From: Erysipelotrichaceae bacterium | GTDB taxonomy: Bacteria; Bacillota_I; Bacilli_A; Erysipelotrichales; Coprobacillaceae | Reading direction: 5' to 3' | Assembly: GCA_028698185.1 (NCBI GenBank) | Contig: JAQVDW010000050.1 | Coordinates: forward strand, 1-7,340 | DNA: 7,340 nt | Shown here: one piece after another, positions 6,311 to 7,340 of the stretch | How the letters are laid out: each line of letters begins with the position of its first letter | How positions within the stretch are numbered: the first letter of the stretch is position 1 | Translations under genes and position numbers: made by a program | Notes under the pieces: generated by a model | Seen by the model: the letters and a program-made list of their open reading frames with translations, nothing else | Told to the model about the DNA's origin: nothing | Database searches by the model: none

Positions 6311-6319
6311 ATTATAACA
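6311..6319 (-). promoter_or_regulatory. Strong extended -10 promoter for the flavodoxin transcription unit
   Basis: The minus strand reads TATGTTATAAT, which is a TRTG -16 element plus a perfect TATAAT (6311..6316). A TTGCTT -35-like hexamer lies only 15 nt upstream, inside the preceding terminator arm. The predicted leader is about 70 nt. Confidence 0.6.
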
Positions 6320-6327
6320 TAGAAAAC

Positions 6328-6356
6328 AAAAAAGCAATCGATTAAATTGCTTTTTT
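6328..6356 (-). terminator. Symmetric (bidirectional-type) intrinsic terminator after the Isf-like gene
   Basis: The sequence is AAAAAAGCAAT-CGATTAA-ATTGCTTTTTT. The arms are perfect and 11 bp long (6328..6338 and 6346..6356), with an A-tract on one side and a T-tract on the other. It starts 22 nt after the TAG stop codon at 6378. The stem is AT-rich and therefore weak. Confidence 0.5.
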
Positions 6357-6377
6357 GATGATCGAATTATGATGGAT

Positions 6378-6995
6378 CTAGCGGATGAAATTCGTTCCGA
6401 CCCGTTCTTCCTTTACCGGAAGAGAGACTTCCCCTTTGGCCATATCAATCGCTTTGATCAAGAAGGCCGCATTTTTCCCCAACGTCCTCATTGTCTGCAA
6501 CCCTTCAAGATCCTGCATGACTTCCTGGGCCGAGTTGCCATGGACCATGTTCCAATATTGGCTGGTGACAATTGGCATCTGCGAAATGGCGAAATACTTG
6601 TTCAACATGTCGAAGGACGCAGTGTTCCCGCCCCGACGGCAGCTGACTACCGATGCCCCGACCTTCATCGCCTTATCGAAAGCTGTACTGAAAAACAGCC
6701 GGTCGAGAAACGATATCAATGTGCCATTTGGTGAAGCGTAATAAACCGGCGAACCGACAATCAGTCCATCGGCTGAATCGAACTTAGGTGCCACCTCGTT
6801 GACAATATCATTGAAAACACATTTTCCAGTTGACTTGCACTTGCGGCAAGCGATGCAACCCCGGACATCCTTATGTCCGACCTGGATGATTTCAGTTTCC
6901 ACACCATGGTATTCCAAGGTGGTCGCCACCTCATTTAAAGCGGTATAGGTGCAGCCCCGGGCATTGGGACTGCCATTGATCAACAATACTTTCAT
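6378..6995 (-). CDS. Iron-sulfur flavoprotein-like NAD(P)H-dependent FMN reductase (FMN_red / flavodoxin-like fold); 205 aa
   Basis: MKVLLINGSPNARGCTY matches the N-terminus typical of FMN_red-family proteins. C47-x2-C50-x2-C53-x5-C59 (codons 6819..6857) fits the compact Cx2Cx2Cx4-7C 4Fe-4S motif described for Methanosarcina Isf. A GGGGAGA SD lies upstream of ATG 6995. Confidence 0.8.
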   Translation of the reverse strand: MKVLLINGSPNARGCTYTALNEVATTLEYHGVETEIIQVGHKDVRGCIACRKCKSTGKCVFNDIVNEVAPKFDSADGLIVGSPVYYASPNGTLISFLDRLFFSTAFDKAMKVGASVVSCRRGGNTASFDMLNKYFAISQMPIVTSQYWNMVHGNSAQEVMQDLEGLQTMRTLGKNAAFLIKAIDMAKGEVSLPVKEERVGTNFIR

Positions 6996-7024
6996 TATCT
7001 TCTCCCCTGTCTCTAAATTTTCTA

Positions 7025-7041
7025 ATACAAATCATACAAAT
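7025..7041. repeat. Tandem direct 8-mer ATACAAAT x2 (9-bp period) between the -10 and the SD of the Isf-like gene
   Basis: On the plus strand, ATACAAAT occurs at 7025..7032 and again at 7034..7041, which reads ATTTGTAT-G-ATTTGTAT on the coding strand. The repeat lies immediately downstream of the predicted -10. Confidence 0.5.
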
Positions 7042-7070
7042 ATCGTAAACCTTCACGCTGTTGCGGTCAA
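7042..7070 (-). promoter_or_regulatory. Candidate sigma-70/SigA-type promoter of the Isf-like gene
   Basis: -35 TTGACC (7065..7070), a 17-nt spacer, then -10 TACGAT (7042..7047). A T-rich tract (CTCTTTTTTC) lies just upstream. Confidence 0.5.
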
Positions 7071-7079
7071 GAAAAAAGA

Positions 7080-7340
7080 GGCTTCATCAGTTTGTGTGGT
7101 AAATAATCCAACTAAGTATCGCTTAAGATCAATATCACTCCCAAGGTAATTGGACTTTGATATCCGAACATCTAAGCATAATCATGTCAATCATTTTGTC
7201 CATGTTCCTAAAGCCATATGCCATCCGGATGGATAGCTTGATCTTGTTGTTTACAGCTTCAATCCTTGCGTTTGATAGCCCACTTCTAAGGGTTTCAATA
7301 ATCGCATCGTAATGGCGTCGAATCTTACGCTGAAGCTCCA
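7080..7340 (-). mobile_element. Right end of an ISL3-family insertion sequence (the element continues beyond the window)
   Basis: The region contains the transposase 3' end. Read inward from 7080, the sequence is GGCTTCATCAGTTTGTGTGG, which resembles the GGCTCTTC... terminal inverted repeats I recall for ISL3-family elements. The exact boundary is inferred, because the partner IR is not in the window. Confidence 0.55.
7135..7340 (-). CDS. ISL3-family transposase, C-terminal 67 codons (5' part lies outside the window)
   Basis: I translated this by hand; it is not in the ORF track. Starting at 7338, the minus strand reads ELQRKIRRHYDAIIETLRSGLSNARIEAVNNKIKLSIRMAYGFRNMDKMIDMIMLRCSDIKVQLPWE, with the stop TGA at 7137..7135. 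SN-x-x-E-x-x-N-x-K-I-K...R-x-AYGFRN is the conserved C-terminal block of DDE_Tnp_ISL3 transposases. Confidence 0.8.
   Translation of the reverse strand, partial: ELQRKIRRHYDAIIETLRSGLSNARIEAVNNKIKLSIRMAYGFRNMDKMIDMIMLRCSDIKVQLPWE

Noticed and set aside
2355-7149. Plus-strand ORFs from the track (2355..2600, 2501..2701, 2740..2982, 3556..3819, 4213..4542, 4923..5348, 5141..5395, 5882..6097, 6369..6734, 6385..6741, 6949..7149).
   Set aside because: Each lies antisense to, or largely overlaps, a well-supported minus-strand gene. None has a convincing SD. The translations are low-complexity (Ser/Arg/Leu-rich) with no recognisable motifs. These are typical shadow ORFs of moderately GC-rich coding DNA.
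1-7340. A search for tRNA, rRNA, riboswitch, T-box, CRISPR, retron-like or toxin-antitoxin signatures in the intergenic spacers.
   Set aside because: The spacers are only 50-180 bp. They are fully accounted for by promoters, SDs and terminators. I recognised no conserved RNA-motif cores, and there are no small paired ORFs.

Overview
All recognisable genes in this 7.3-kb window run on the minus strand. The SD sequences and AT-rich intergenic spacers are typical of low-GC Gram-positive bacteria. From right to left the window holds: (1) the 3' end of an ISL3-family transposase with a probable terminal inverted repeat (7080-7340); (2) an iron-sulfur-flavoprotein-like FMN reductase with a compact Cx2Cx2Cx5C motif (6378-6995); (3) a short flavodoxin (5755-6234); (4) a tandem universal stress protein (4838-5704); (5) a 651-aa uncharacterised DUF2779-type protein (2818-4773); (6) a stand-alone sugar-phosphate nucleotidyltransferase (1790-2713); (7) a markedly AT-rich cold-shock protein cassette (1401-1607); and (8) an HcaT/LacY-like MFS transporter (43-1203). 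I moved three ORF-track starts inward to SD-supported ATGs. I saw no rRNA, tRNA, CRISPR array or long repeat. The best candidate for something new is the DUF2779 protein. By motif reading it fuses a Cas4/RecB-like PD-(D/E)XK nuclease carrying a Cys cluster to a DEDDy-like exonuclease module. From signal placement it appears to be co-transcribed with the flavodoxin and the USP gene. I cannot show from sequence alone that this is a defence or repair system, so that remains a hypothesis. The other genes look like ordinary accessory or housekeeping functions. Smaller observations: a cre-like palindrome upstream of the MFS gene, a terminator and promoter that overlap each other, structured elements in the csp leader, and an IS end about 10 bp from a promoter.
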